DNA of 63,641 bases, counting the filler, from Folioceros fuciformis (lineage: Eukaryota): the NCBI GenBank assembly GCA_049999805.1. It is 6 parts of 6 records of this genome, joined end to end, with 100 filler letters (N's around TTAATTAATTAA, not from the genome) between each part and the next. Parts side by side here need not be neighbours in the genome. Positions count along the whole stretch, not along the records: positions 10,491 to 31,675 come from JBNGIO010001388.1; positions 31,776 to 34,624 come from JBNGIO010001391.1; positions 34,725 to 42,039 come from JBNGIO010001392.1; 3 more parts are not named here. One strand, 5' to 3'. Shown piece after piece: positions 24,960-36,599 of the stretch. How positions within the stretch are numbered: the stretch's first letter is position 1; each line of letters opens with the position of its first letter. Under the pieces are notes generated by a model. The model made no database searches. It had not been told where the DNA came from and worked only from the letters and a program-made list of their open reading frames with translations. The position numbers were made by a program, and so were the translations under genes.

Positions 24960-26340
24960 GATGTGGAATAACAAAACACCTACCTACTACCAATGTCGAA
25001 GAAGCCGCTTGACTTGCACTTGTTGTTGTTCTAAAGACTGCATTGACAAATGCTTTTTGCAAAGTAATAGATACGTGTTATCGTAAGAAGGCCACGTCAA
25101 AGGAAAGAGGAACAATCCCATTTCTATGGCTATGATACACTTGTGCACACTCCTTGATGAAAAGTCCTTGCCCATGGCTCCATGGGTCTCAAGAGCAAGA
25201 GGCATGAAAAAATAGGCTCATCTTGCAAAGAAGAATACTTATGGACTTTAGCTCTTACATAACCCTTCGCTGCCCATCCAGGAAGGTTGATGATGACGTG
25301 CTCACAAATCGAATTCTTAGTGGGATCTATAACAACTACACCAGCAACACAACCCCCCCTCCCTTAAAGATTGAGGGGAGAGGAGTGATGTCTAACCGGA
25401 ACCAAACCGTGTATTAAGAAAGCTTAACCCTCAACCTCACCTTAGAGAGGTCGAAAGGAAGAAATCTAAGGCTGCTTTGACTATGACTCTTAGCGAAAGA
25501 ATAAGAGTGTCATTAGCAACGGATAGGAAAAGGCATTTCCAAAATGCCAAGGCAATAGAAGATAATGCTCGAAAATGTGCATTGCAAAAAAAGCACCCCC
25601 CAAGCCAATCCCCTTTCCTTATGCCTATCGCTGAATAAAAACTAAGACCTCCTCAGTGGCCTCATTAATTCCAAATTGGTTGGGTGCAAGATATGCTTCA
25701 AAGTGCTCTCAAAGTTAAAATTACAATACTTCGGTTGATGAGGTGTAGAAACATCTTTCCCACGACAAGAAAACACACTCCCTAAGGTGGGTTTTCCAAC
25801 GCTAGTAGCTTACTAGCCACCAAAACCTGAGAGATTCAATTAAGAACTTTATCTTGGCCACCATCTAAGAAGGAAAAGACAAAAAGTCCAAGCATCCTCA
25901 TCCCTCAAGTTCCGAGCAAGGCAATCTAAGAGAAGGTGATAAGCAAGGCATATATCATCATGCAATCACGTAAGAAGCCATTGGAAGAGACAATGACAGG
26001 GAAAACAAGCATGAAAAAGAGCCAACAAGTAATCAGTTTGCTCTCGAAGGCAAAACCAAGCCTATGGGGATAGCCCTAGGAGATTTATTGGAAAAGGATT
26101 AGCAGTTGGTTAGGAAGAAGAAGCATGTTGCACCTCTGCCACCCAAGTGCTCCTGTCGAACTACTTATGCTTTTGACCAATGTGGCATTTCAACCCCTTG
26201 ACCTCAGAACAAAGTTGAGAACAATCTAGGAAAGGGGTGTCCTTAACAAGCAAAGGCTAGGTGTCACACACCATATAATAGAGGCCTACAGGTGCAACTA
26301 GACCAAAATATTGAAAATTGCAAAGAGAATAACCTCGTGC
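24960..26340 (-). mobile_element. Degenerate, internally deleted non-LTR retrotransposon with restriction-like endonuclease (CRE/R2-group)
   Basis: N-terminal C2H2-like remnant (PFLDCSQLCSEVKGLKCHIGQKH) and C-terminal RLE remnant (VVVIDPT...RAKVHKYSSLQDEPIFFMPLALETHGAMGKDF...RVSITLQKA). Confidence 0.6.
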
Positions 26341-26904
26341 AAAAAATTACTCTTGAAGAAAAATATATTATTGATAAAGAAGAAAAAACTTGTAGAAAGT
26401 TATGCAAAAAGATATAGGGACCCTACATAAAATACTCATAATAATAAGTATGTGAAAAACCTCAAAAACACCTATCACTATCTTGGAAAAATACAACATA
26501 ACAATAGGACAATAGATAACGAAGTTCCAAAAATGTAGAAAAAAAAAGAAAAAGAAAACATAGCTGGTAGTTCTTATTATAATTTGGAACCCTATGATCC
26601 TCTTCCTATGCTCCACTCTACACCTTTATGCTCAGCTATGCCGCTAAATCCTAAACTTATTTTGCTTTGCCATGTTGCTAATTCCTAAATTAATATTTCT
26701 ACTTTGTCATGCCGCTAAACCATTTGAACACGACTCCACTATATCACTCCTACACCATCCCTCCATCACTCTTACCCCACCTTTACACCACACAATCATA
26801 TTGTCCCTACATCCCTTATATCCCTTCTACACTACACAATCATATCATCCCTTATACCCCTTCTACACCACGTAATCACATCGTCCCTACATCTCTTATG
26901 CCCC

Positions 26905-27040
26905 TCCTCCAGCACTCAATCATACGGCCTTTACATTGTCCTCCAGCACTCAATCGTACGGCCTTTATATTGTCCTCCAACACTCAATCGTACGGCCTTT
27001 ACATTGTCCTCCAGCACTCAATCGTACGGCCTTTACATTG
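26905..27040. repeat. 34-bp tandem repeat x4
   Basis: TCCTCCAGCACTCAATCGTACGGCCTTTACATTG x4, within a larger C-rich low-complexity tract. Confidence 0.9.
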
Positions 27041-27699
27041 CTCAATCATATTGCCCTTACATTATTCCTACGTCCATCGCTCTACACTACTCTATATGTA
27101 TTGCTCTACATCATTCTACCATCATTTCTTCACACCACTCTATGCCCCACACCACTTTACCATCATTCCGCCATACCGTTCTACGCCCCATAGAGCTCTC
27201 GTTCTCACTCTTTCATCATTGCTCCATCCCATTGTATGTTCCATATTGCTCTCACTCCACCAATAAAATCATATATGTATGTTGTGGGAATATTGTGTAG
27301 AGCTAAGCATGCTTAAATAAAAATAGTTGAACGCAACCAACAAACATACTATAATGAAGCCATACTAGTAAAGAGTAGTACCCAACCCTCCTATGCCATA
27401 CCTAGCCTCAAAACGACTTATGTCCTCCTATCCACATTGGTAGGGCTAAAGTATGACGAGGTCGTGAACCCATTGAAGGCTCCTAATTGGTAATATACAT
27501 GATCATGGGTATTGTGTCAAGGCGTAGATGAAGACTACCATGATATCATTTTGCTTCACATTTAGTTGTTGCAACGAAAATGTGGTTCAGCATCCATCCC
27601 TCTCAAGAGATGCTTCAGGCAACTAAGTAGTTGCAGCAAGGCAACCGTGTTGGTTAGTAACCTCTTTCTTGGTCTCTCCTTAATACATATCTAAAAACG

Positions 27700-29760
27700 T
27701 AGTCTTACCATCTCTAGCACACTTACTTCTTTGGTGGAAGACAGGTTAAGAGATCCCTTGGTGGAAGCCCCTTTTTTTTATAGGCATTGGCTCAATTCAA
27801 GGTCCTTTTTAGTACCACCTCCTCAATTTTGGATTACGTATATCCCTTTGTGATGAACAATACTCACATTTTGGGGCTAGGGGTTTGGGCAAGGGAAACT
27901 TTTGAATTTATTGTCTTAGAGTTAACTCGCATTGGTTTAAAGGTAAAGATCTCCAAATGCAGGATCTAATCCTCTTTTGAGGGATTACCTCCTTTTATCA
28001 TCGAGAGGAGTGAAACGGCTTCCTCACGCCAAGGCCTTTAGATTTTGGGAGTAGTTAGAATTGCTAACACGGAAGCAGATGCATCGAAGATGATCTATTA
28101 GCAACTGAATAGGTGGATACAAAAGTAGGCCTTAAATAGTGGTTTACGAAGGGGAGCGTCCTATAACTAGCCTACCAGTTAACTAACTGCACTTATAACT
28201 AGATCTAGTTAGACTAATCAACGTGATACAGAACCACGTGGTCTGCCTTATATTCTAACTGGAGTTACGTTAGGGCCTCTCGCCTTTGTTTAAGGCTTCA
28301 TAGATGCGGCACTTGAGGAGGACTTGGTGTATATGGATGACCTTCCTAATTTAGTGGACACACATATACCTTTCAACTTCCTCTCCTTATGTTTTACATG
28401 TCGCTTGGGGAACCTTCTTTAGGCAGTACCTTGACTTCTGCATTATTATGAGCTTAAGGAGCTTTAACAATAGGATCATGCAAGTTTTTGAACATATCAT
28501 CGGTCGTGGCACTTATGAATATGATGATGAGGATTTTGTAGGCAATATGCATCTCTTCCTATTTTAAGGCATAGATTTGCTAGTAAGAAAGATTTCGCTA
28601 TTGGCAGCGTTTCTTAGGACCTTGCCTTTCAGCCTCTATCTTGACTTTCTAATTCTTCACTTGGGATTCCTACATTTCGGAATCTTTTGTCCTTGGTGTT
28701 GAGGAGGGTGCCCTCTCTTTGTAGGTGTCTCTTAGATCAACTAGGGACGTCCCTAGCCAAAGGAAGAAAGAGAGTCGACTTTCTTTCTTCTATGGCCAAG
28801 GCTACCTATTATGCCTCAATTTTCCTCTCTTGAAGTTCCTGCAATAAGGATCCGAGGGCTCCAAACTTTTGTTCTTGAGAAGGAATATGAGCTAGTGCAA
28901 CTTAGTGTTCATTAGGATTCTTGTATTCCTTGGCCTATGTGGGCGTTGGTCCTTTTTTCGCTTACAAAAAGATGCAAGTTTTGGCCTTAGGCTTGACCCC
29001 ACATCCAAGCTTTCCAAATTGCACCAACCACATTCTCTATTGAATGAGGTTTCGCCTTGGTTTGATTCAACTTTTGGCCTAGTTTCTCGTCTCTTGTAGT
29101 TGTGAGGCACCCCTTGACAATTGTGGTACTCATCTTGCCCATTGCTTGACTAGTGGATAATGCATCGTTATACACGATACAATACCTAATTTCATGTTTT
29201 CATTAGCCAAAAAGACCATTTTTTTGTCCTTCAGCAAAAGCCTATATGCTCTGCTCAATGTCGTTTTTCTCCGAATTTATCTTTTCATCATCAAAGGAGA
29301 ACAAGCTTCTATTGCAGACATGGTCATAATGGACCCCCCACAAGTATTGGTATGTGAGCATGTTATCCTCAACTCCTTATGTTGAGTAGTAAAGAGGAGT
29401 AGATTAGCCAATATTCACAAGTACACCCCTCCATAGGCCGAACACATCTTTATTCTAATAAAGATGTGTCAAAAGGCAAGAGGGATCCCCCTTGTCATTG
29501 AAACCTTTGGGGCCATATGAAAGGCATTTTCCAAGTTTTGCAAGATTTGTGCCAAGCAGTTCACAACAAGAAAACAGAGGCTTGGTCTTTTTCTCTTTTG
29601 TGTATTGTAACGCTCTTTCGTTAAAGAGTTTCCATTGCACTACAACAAGCGTTAGTTAATGCCAAATATACGACGACGATAATGGCAAGAGAAGTAGTAT
29701 AAGCAACTTTAGTAGTATGTAGACCCTTCCTTTTTAGGCGTTGTTGATAGTTTTTAGGTT
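27700..29760 (+). mobile_element. Degenerate RLE-type (CRE-like) non-LTR retrotransposon, RT and endonuclease remnants
   Basis: RT remnants resembling QGDPLGG...LAQFKVL...NNTHILG...GLKVKISKC...ILGV-LG. RLE remnants IADMVIMDP, ETFGA and RVSIALQQA. Many stops and frameshifts. Confidence 0.65.
28053..28260. mobile_element. 208-bp insertion (solo-LTR-like) with 9-bp inverted termini AGTTAGAAT/ATTCTAACT and 5-bp TSD GGAGT
   Basis: GGAGT at 28048-28052 and 28261-28265. Excision rejoins the RT-like ILGV-LG motif of the host LINE. Confidence 0.8.
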
Positions 29761-31675
29761 TAGCAGCTTGAAAGGCAAGTGCCTATGGCCTTGTCACCTT
29801 TAGTGGTTTGTCTCACCTCTTTCAAGGTAGATGGGTTCCCACCTTGTTTTTCTCAAATAAAGGAGGGTCTAGGAGACTATAAAAAAGAGCCACAGCAAGA
29901 GGAAGATGATCACACAAGTGAGTTTTATAACTAGTGGAAAAGTTTGTCTTAATTTAATATCCTTAACTTGTGAGCATCCCTTAACATCCCTTATAGTACT
30001 TTATTCTGTTGTTTAGGCATATTTGATACCACATACAGATATGCTACTTGCTTAGGACTTAAGGCAACCATCTAACGTTAAGACTTTGAAACAAAGCATG
30101 TTTACAAACCTTTGAGTGAAGACTTGAGATGGGCTAATTTCTAATATCATAATACGAACATGGTGCCGATGGAGAGGGCTAGCCAGCGACAATAGGCCAA
30201 GTGACTTGGTTTATCCAAATCCCAATTATTGTCTTCAAGCATCGAGCATGAGCTGTTATAATCTAAATTTTCTTCCATTAAGAAAAAATACGAACATGGT
30301 AAGATTAAAATAAGAGCTTCGCAGGAAGGTGCTGTACTGATATAGACCAAGGCCACGAGTGGTCCTGATTGCTTTATTCAAATTAGAATGTGAAACAAGG
30401 TGAGAGAAACGGTTTATTAAAAATATAAGAAAGGTAAGAAAAAGGCCTTGAGTGGTGGCGAACGCTTTATTGAAATGGTAGCGAATAATAGAAGAATGAC
30501 GAATCATAGAATGATTATATGTAGAGACAGGGAAAGAAGGGCCACGAACGGTCAGGGCCGCTCCATAAAAATTGCAGCGAATATAGAAGAAGTATGTATG
30601 ACGTGGCGCGCGGCTGAAAATATCACGGAGTGAATCTAAGTTTTTAAGGCAGTAATAGCAATAAGGGGATGCGATTGGACAGCATTTCTGTGGGCTCCAT
30701 GGTGAATGAAAAGTGAAGACAACCCTATCCGGAATGTTTCCCGCTTGGTTCGGGAAGGGACGGGACGGGACGGGGTCAAAGTGGACTTAGAAGAAAACGC
30801 GACTCAAGACAAAAAGCGAAGGCCAAGGCCAAGGCCAAGAGGGACAAGGCCTTGCCGCGGCACTTTGGCTGCCGCCGCGCGTGTACTGCGGAGTCCCGAG
30901 AGCTTAGCCTGTGTGATGCGGCTTTGGATCTGCGCCTTCCGTTTGGGTGTCTATCCGGGGTGACTTGGGATCCCGCAGCCCCGCTTCCTCGCTCGCCCTG
31001 ACCCCTCATCACCCCTGATGAGTGAGAGAAGGAAAGATCGGATGCCTCACTGGCTGCGGAGCCCGTATCTTTTCCTGCTCTCTGACTGTTGTCCTGCTCC
31101 TCTCTCTAGTCCCTTCCGCACAGTGCACAAGACCGGCCTCCCCTGTTTGTCGCTGCGCCTGCTGCGACCGCACCTCTTCCGGAGCGCACAGGAGCTCGCG
31201 TCTCGTGCCCCGTTTGGCACGCCCCGAGCTCTGCCACGGGCGCCAATTGGGGGATGTGGCCTCGCTGCTGCCTGGCCTGGATGCGCTACGTTAGAATTTG
31301 GAGAGGAGAGGAGAGTCGACGGCAGCAGGTAGTAGCTTGAACTGTGTCGCGGTCCTCTGGAGTTGATTGTCGTTTCCTTCGCTTGTCGGGGTTTTGGGTT
31401 TGCGGGACTGGGGGGTATAGCCCTGTCTTGCCGGGTGCTTGTTTGCTTGGGGCCTGCACTTGTTGTTGGCGACTCGGAGTTTGATTTAGTGGTCGGGGAA
31501 TGGATTTCTGGCTTTATGTGGTGACAGATTGTGACGGGTCGGGCCGGGCCGGTGCGGTGCGGTGCGTGAGGAGGATCGGGGCAAGCTCGTTGTGGCGTCT
31601 CCCGGCAGCATGTAGAGGTCCGGGAGGCGGGGGGTGTAGGAAGGTGAAAGGGAGCTGGAAACCTGCGATGAGGGG

Positions 31676-31775
31676 NNNNNNNNNNNNNNNNNNNNNNNNN
31701 NNNNNNNNNNNNNNNNNNNTTAATTAATTAANNNNNNNNNNNNNNNNNNNNNNNNNNNNNNNNNNNNNNNNNNNN
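31676..31775. other. Artificial contig spacer
   Basis: 44N-TTAATTAATTAA-44N. Confidence 0.97.
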
Positions 31776-32093
31776 CAGATCCAACCCTAAGAAACTAAAA
31801 ACCTGGGTGTCAAATTTACGTAGTGTGAACCCGAAAACTAGAAAATGTGGTGTTTTCTCTGTGTCCGGTTTGGTGCGGCGTCCGCTTTGGGAGAGTTACG
31901 AGAAGGGACATGAAAAAAATGGGCATCAAAAGTGAATATACCCTAAGATACCCCATAAAAACCCTTAAAAAATAGTTAGTGAGAGAGTGTCCGCTTTGGT
32001 ATGCCATACGACCGTGCAATGACGTGTCGTGATTTAAGTCACGACATGTGATGGGCACGAATTTTGGTGCCTATCACCCCTGCTACTTACAAC

Positions 32094-34100
32094 TTTTGAA
32101 TTTATGAATGCTCAACGTAGATTTGAACACACAAGTCACACACGCGCGTAGCACAAACCAATTGTCATCCTACGAAAGGGAAACAAAAAGAATATGTACA
32201 TATGTGGTAAAATGGTTATTATAACTACCAACTACCACCTAGGGTTTAATGAGTACCCTAGTATATTGCAATGTATGAATTAACTAACAGTGAATTCTCA
32301 ACACCCCCTCTCATTGAATATACAACAAAAACCATAAACAACAGTTGCATGTATAATATGCCTGTCGTACGCCCGACAACTATACACATATGTGTAAGCT
32401 CAGTCTTCAACATTAGCTGCTTCAACTCGAAAAATACTCTTCACTTGTGCACCAAGGTACAAAGACATGTACCGAGGGCGGCTACCTGAGCTCCTTTGAG
32501 GGAGATGCCGTGCCCATCTCGCCCCTTCGCTCCGCATGCAAAACTTCTGCTGTTGATGACTCACCTGGAGTAAGAGCCATGTGGTAGAGGCTCTGCACCT
32601 ATCCACTCTCGAGATGTGTAGTCGGCCGGGACTTTAACGTCTTCCAGACTCTCTTCTGCCTTTGCCATCCGTGTCTTCCTATTGTAGAGGTGCTTAGCAA
32701 CCCACGACGTTGTTCCCTTAGTAGCCTTCAAATGTATAGGGCATGACTTTCCTTAAGCAAATGCTTCATTGCTTGGATGTTTGGATGTCCTAACCTACAG
32801 TGCCACTTAAATGCGCTTGTAGGAGAAATAGTAACATCTGCCTTTGCTGCTGCAGATGCTCTTCGAGGTAGGTTTGAGACAAAATCCATAAGGTACATGT
32901 CAAACTGAGGTGTTCCTCCCACTATTGGAACTGATGGAGTTGACAATCTCGAGATCATACACTCGACTCCTTCAAAGGTTATCTTGTACTCGTTTGTTTT
33001 TCCTAGTGCCCTAATACTCACTAGATTCTTAGCGATAGTTGGCACATAAAGCACATTCTCCAACATAAGTGTGCCACCATCTTGCAGTGTACCTAAATGG
33101 GTTGTGATCCTTTAATTGGGATTGTGGAGTTGTCACTTAAGACTACTTCTATTTGATGATAGGTTGGAGATGGCTCATAAGTTATGAAGGAATTTCTTCT
33201 CGAACACATATCATTAGAAGCTCCGTTGTCTAAGTACCACTTTTGACAATCTTTTCTGGATGAGGTAAATCCGGCAACTAGCAACCCTGGAGTCGACACT
33301 CTAGCAATGTAGGATTTTGTAGGGTGTTTGTCTTTGGAACCTTCATCCCTAAGTCTCTTACGACAGTCTTTGGCCCAAAGGCTAGGTTTCCCACAAGAAA
33401 TACAATTGCTAGGCTTAGATGGTGTGATTGGCAGTGACTTGAAGGACGTTTGATCTCTACTCCTGCCATATCCCCCTCTACCTCTACCTCTAAACCTTCC
33501 CTTGCCTCTAACCCTAAACCTTCCCCTGCCAATATATAAGGCTGTGTCACTTTGTTTATGGGACATAGAGGGACCTGCCTTCATATGTTTGCCATTAGCT
33601 TCAAACTGTAACAGGATCCAACTACTTTCTGAAGGGTAAGATTTGATGAAGCATGTGTATTTGTAGTTGCTGGAACAACTATTACTGACTGCTGCAAACT
33701 AGAACTAAAATTTTTGTTACTTGGTGGCAGGGACAGAAGGAGTTGTACTACAGCTGTTGACTCAGGGATAACAACTTCGAAGGATGCTAGTTTGGAATGT
33801 GCTGCCCTAAACTTAGCTACATGACTCTCTACAGAGTTTGACTCTTTCATGCGGAGGGTCTGATATTGCAGGGTTGCTGTAGCCTCGGTTATCATATCCT
33901 TACACTTGTAAGTTTCCGATAATAGTGACCAGACCTCGTATGAGGACTGAGTCAATCTGATGTGAGGTATCATCTCTTGAGATACTGAAGACACCAAGAT
34001 GGTGCGTTGTGGAGGCAAAACCTCGAGCACCGATTGCCAACGGGTTCCACCTTTAGTGGCCACACTTATCCCACTGTCGTTGAGACATTGGGTTTCGTTC
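32094..34100 (-). mobile_element. Ty1/Copia LTR retrotransposon remnant (gag, zinc knuckle, protease, GAG-pre-integrase; INT/RT deleted; PPT and 3' LTR)
   Basis: gag (EVWSLLSETY...QLLLSLPPS), CISCGKPSLWAKDC, WYLDNGASNDMC, ENVLYVPTIAKNLVSI, WHCRLGHPN. PPT TGAGAGGGGG followed by TGTTG at 32313-32299. The outer LTR boundary is approximate. Confidence 0.85.
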
Positions 34101-34624
34101 CCACGAAGGAGCGATGGGGTTCCTTGCTGCTGTGGATGGACGGTCGGACTTGATCGACTCGATGACGGATTCGAGGGCTCCCCTCAAGCTCCGATCAGGC
34201 GTAGGACAGGCCTCGCTGTCCGGCGGTCAGCTGCACCTCTCTTGGTGCCCACAAACTCACTCCAGCCACTACAACGACTCTAACCTCTTAGATCTGCGAC
34301 TTCCTTCACTCACTTCACTCACTCTCTCGCTCCAGCACCAACACCAACAACTACCAGCAACCAGCAACGACACCACTACCTTCTACACTTCCCTACGGAC
34401 TCCTCCTACCCGGCAAGAGTCACTAGACTAACCCCAAACAAAAGGAAGAAGGGAACACACTCCCCTCTTGGGTATCTCCTCCCCACAACCTTACCAGACG
34501 CCATGAGACATGGCCGGCCTACAGCACTTGACCAAGCAAGGAAGAAGAGTGGACAGGTTGAGAGAAAGACACACCCTTTACAATCAAGAGCTAGGGGCAA
34601 GCCCCTACACCCTGGTCATTACAC

Positions 34625-34724
34625 NNNNNNNNNNNNNNNNNNNNNNNNNNNNNNNNNNNNNNNNNNNNTTAATTAATTAANNNNNNNNNNNNNNNNNNNN
34701 NNNNNNNNNNNNNNNNNNNNNNNN
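34625..34724. other. Artificial contig spacer
   Basis: 44N-TTAATTAATTAA-44N. Confidence 0.97.
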
Positions 34725-34881
34725 AGGGTGTGCTATGTCGAGGGTGGAGATGGACTCCACAAGCATAAGTGGAAATATGCATGACAATCAATGAGAAGTG
34801 GGACAGGAGATTATGGTAGCGAGGACTCGATGGAGGTAAGTACAGTGATAACAGGGCGAGCAAGGGCTAAAGAGTGCCTGA

Positions 34882-35980
34882 GTGAGTGCACAATCTATGG
34901 GATATTGCAATGGAGAGGAGGCAGTCTTAGGGAGATTGACAAAGCCACCTGCGGAAATTGGCTACTCAACGAGGACATTGAGGAGATCGATGTCGCGGTG
35001 CCCTAGGTGGAGGGGTGCGTCCATAGAGCCGCAAAGTTCAATTGATGACATGGCCAAGCTCATACAGAAAAATGTTGCGATCACATGGGGGGTTAGAGTG
35101 GTGCAGGCAGCATTGTTGGATGTGGGGCACATAGTGCCCAGAAAGCAAGTAGCGGCTGCACTATGGACACTGCAGTCAGAGGAAATGGCACTACGGGCAC
35201 GGAATCGAATTCGATGGGTGTAATACTCAAATCAGACACCAATGTACATGTGGCACACGGATTGTGAGTGTCTACACCCTGTTGCGTCAATCTTGTTGAT
35301 ATTGCCAGCTGCCTAAGAACTGCAATGGCTTGGGTTCAGCATATGACAAGATGTACACGTTCCACATAAAGGTGCATGCAACAATCGTTGGGGCAACACA
35401 CTACATGACATGGGCGATAATGCCAAACAACAAATCTGCGGAAACCAATTATGATGTGTACATTGGGGCGATGTAGAGATTCGGCCTCCCGTAATGGCTA
35501 AGGTCGAACTATGGAGCAGGGCATAACCTAGTGGAGGCGGATTTCTGGATGGCACAACCACGAGAGAAAGGAAGCAATTTCATTAGAGGACCCTTGACCC
35601 ACATTTAGATGAGAGGCTGCGCAATTAGGATGCAGTGGAGGGAGTAGATGCAGAGGATGGGGAGGAGAGTGGGCCTTAAACGACAATGCTAACTATAAGG
35701 TGGGTGTGCCTAGTTTGCAAAGAATCAAACACTTCTGGAGGTTGTTGAAGGAAAAGTGAAGCTTCTTGTACAAAGCGTATATGCACAATCTACAGGCCAG
35801 CCTTGAGCTAGACACAACAAACCCATGGCATGTGCACTCACTGCACGTAGCGTTTATGCCAACGATGTAGAAGGAGCTCGCAACATTTGTCCAAGTGTGG
35901 AACTTGTACAGGGTGCAGAAAATGAAATAAGGAGATGAGGACATTCTTGGATACGTTCCCACAAAGGCATTCCAAGAGGC
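34882..35980 (+). mobile_element. Degenerate IS3/IS481-like eukaryotic DDE transposase (IS3EU-like)
   Basis: Ordered motifs: IGYSTRTLRR...WGVRVVQAALLDVGHIVPRKQVAAAL...RNRIRWV*YSNQTPMYMWHTD; AYDKMYTFHIKVHATI; NNKSAETNYDVYIGAM*RFGLP*WLRSNYG; QRIKHFWRLLK; LELDTTNPWHVHSLHVAFMP..KELATFVQVWN. Confidence 0.65.
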
Positions 35981-36599
35981 AAAAAGGCTTGCACAGATAG
36001 TGGCACCACCTGCATATGGTGTGGACAATGAGGGTGATGGCAACTATAGCATTCCGGGACCACAATTTGGTTGCAACAATGCACCTACGTTGTAAGCAAT
36101 TGCACTGCTAACAGGGGTAACACATTTGCACAGCCTTCGATCTTGCATTGACATGTACAGGAGGGAGAGTATGAACTACTGCTAATAGCGTGCGCGGGTG
36201 TGCAAGAGTTAAACGATGCAAGGGACAAGGCATTTGAGGCCGAGTTGACAAGGCATTTGACTACATCGGGCTCTAACGGCTGTCTATCCCTATTGCAGAC
36301 GAAGAGACGTGTGGTTGGAAGAGAATGATGGTATGTGTGAACGATCTTATAACGAGGAACTCCCTATTGAAGTGTGCGTTGGAGTGATTTTTTGTTTTTT
36401 TGCTTAGTTTGGTGTGAAATAACGTCAGGATGAGAGTCGTTCAAGGTATTTATACTCAAAAGTTCTTTGGCCTATAAGTTTTTAGTTTTGGGTTTGGTTT
36501 GACCAATAATTGGTCCTCAGACCAGGGACCTGATTGTTCCTTAGCCTTTAACCTTTGAACAAATTTGCAAAAGCCTATATAAGGGGGGGGGGGCCAGAG

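Noticed and set aside
30700-31675. GC-rich region with short ORFs before the second gap
   Set aside because: Looks like a promoter/5'UTR of a gene lost at the contig end; no supportable CDS.
32013-32058. Hairpin GTGTCGTGA-TTTAAG-TCACGACAT near a possible DNA-transposon end
   Set aside because: No partner terminus or TSD visible in the window, so it cannot be classified.
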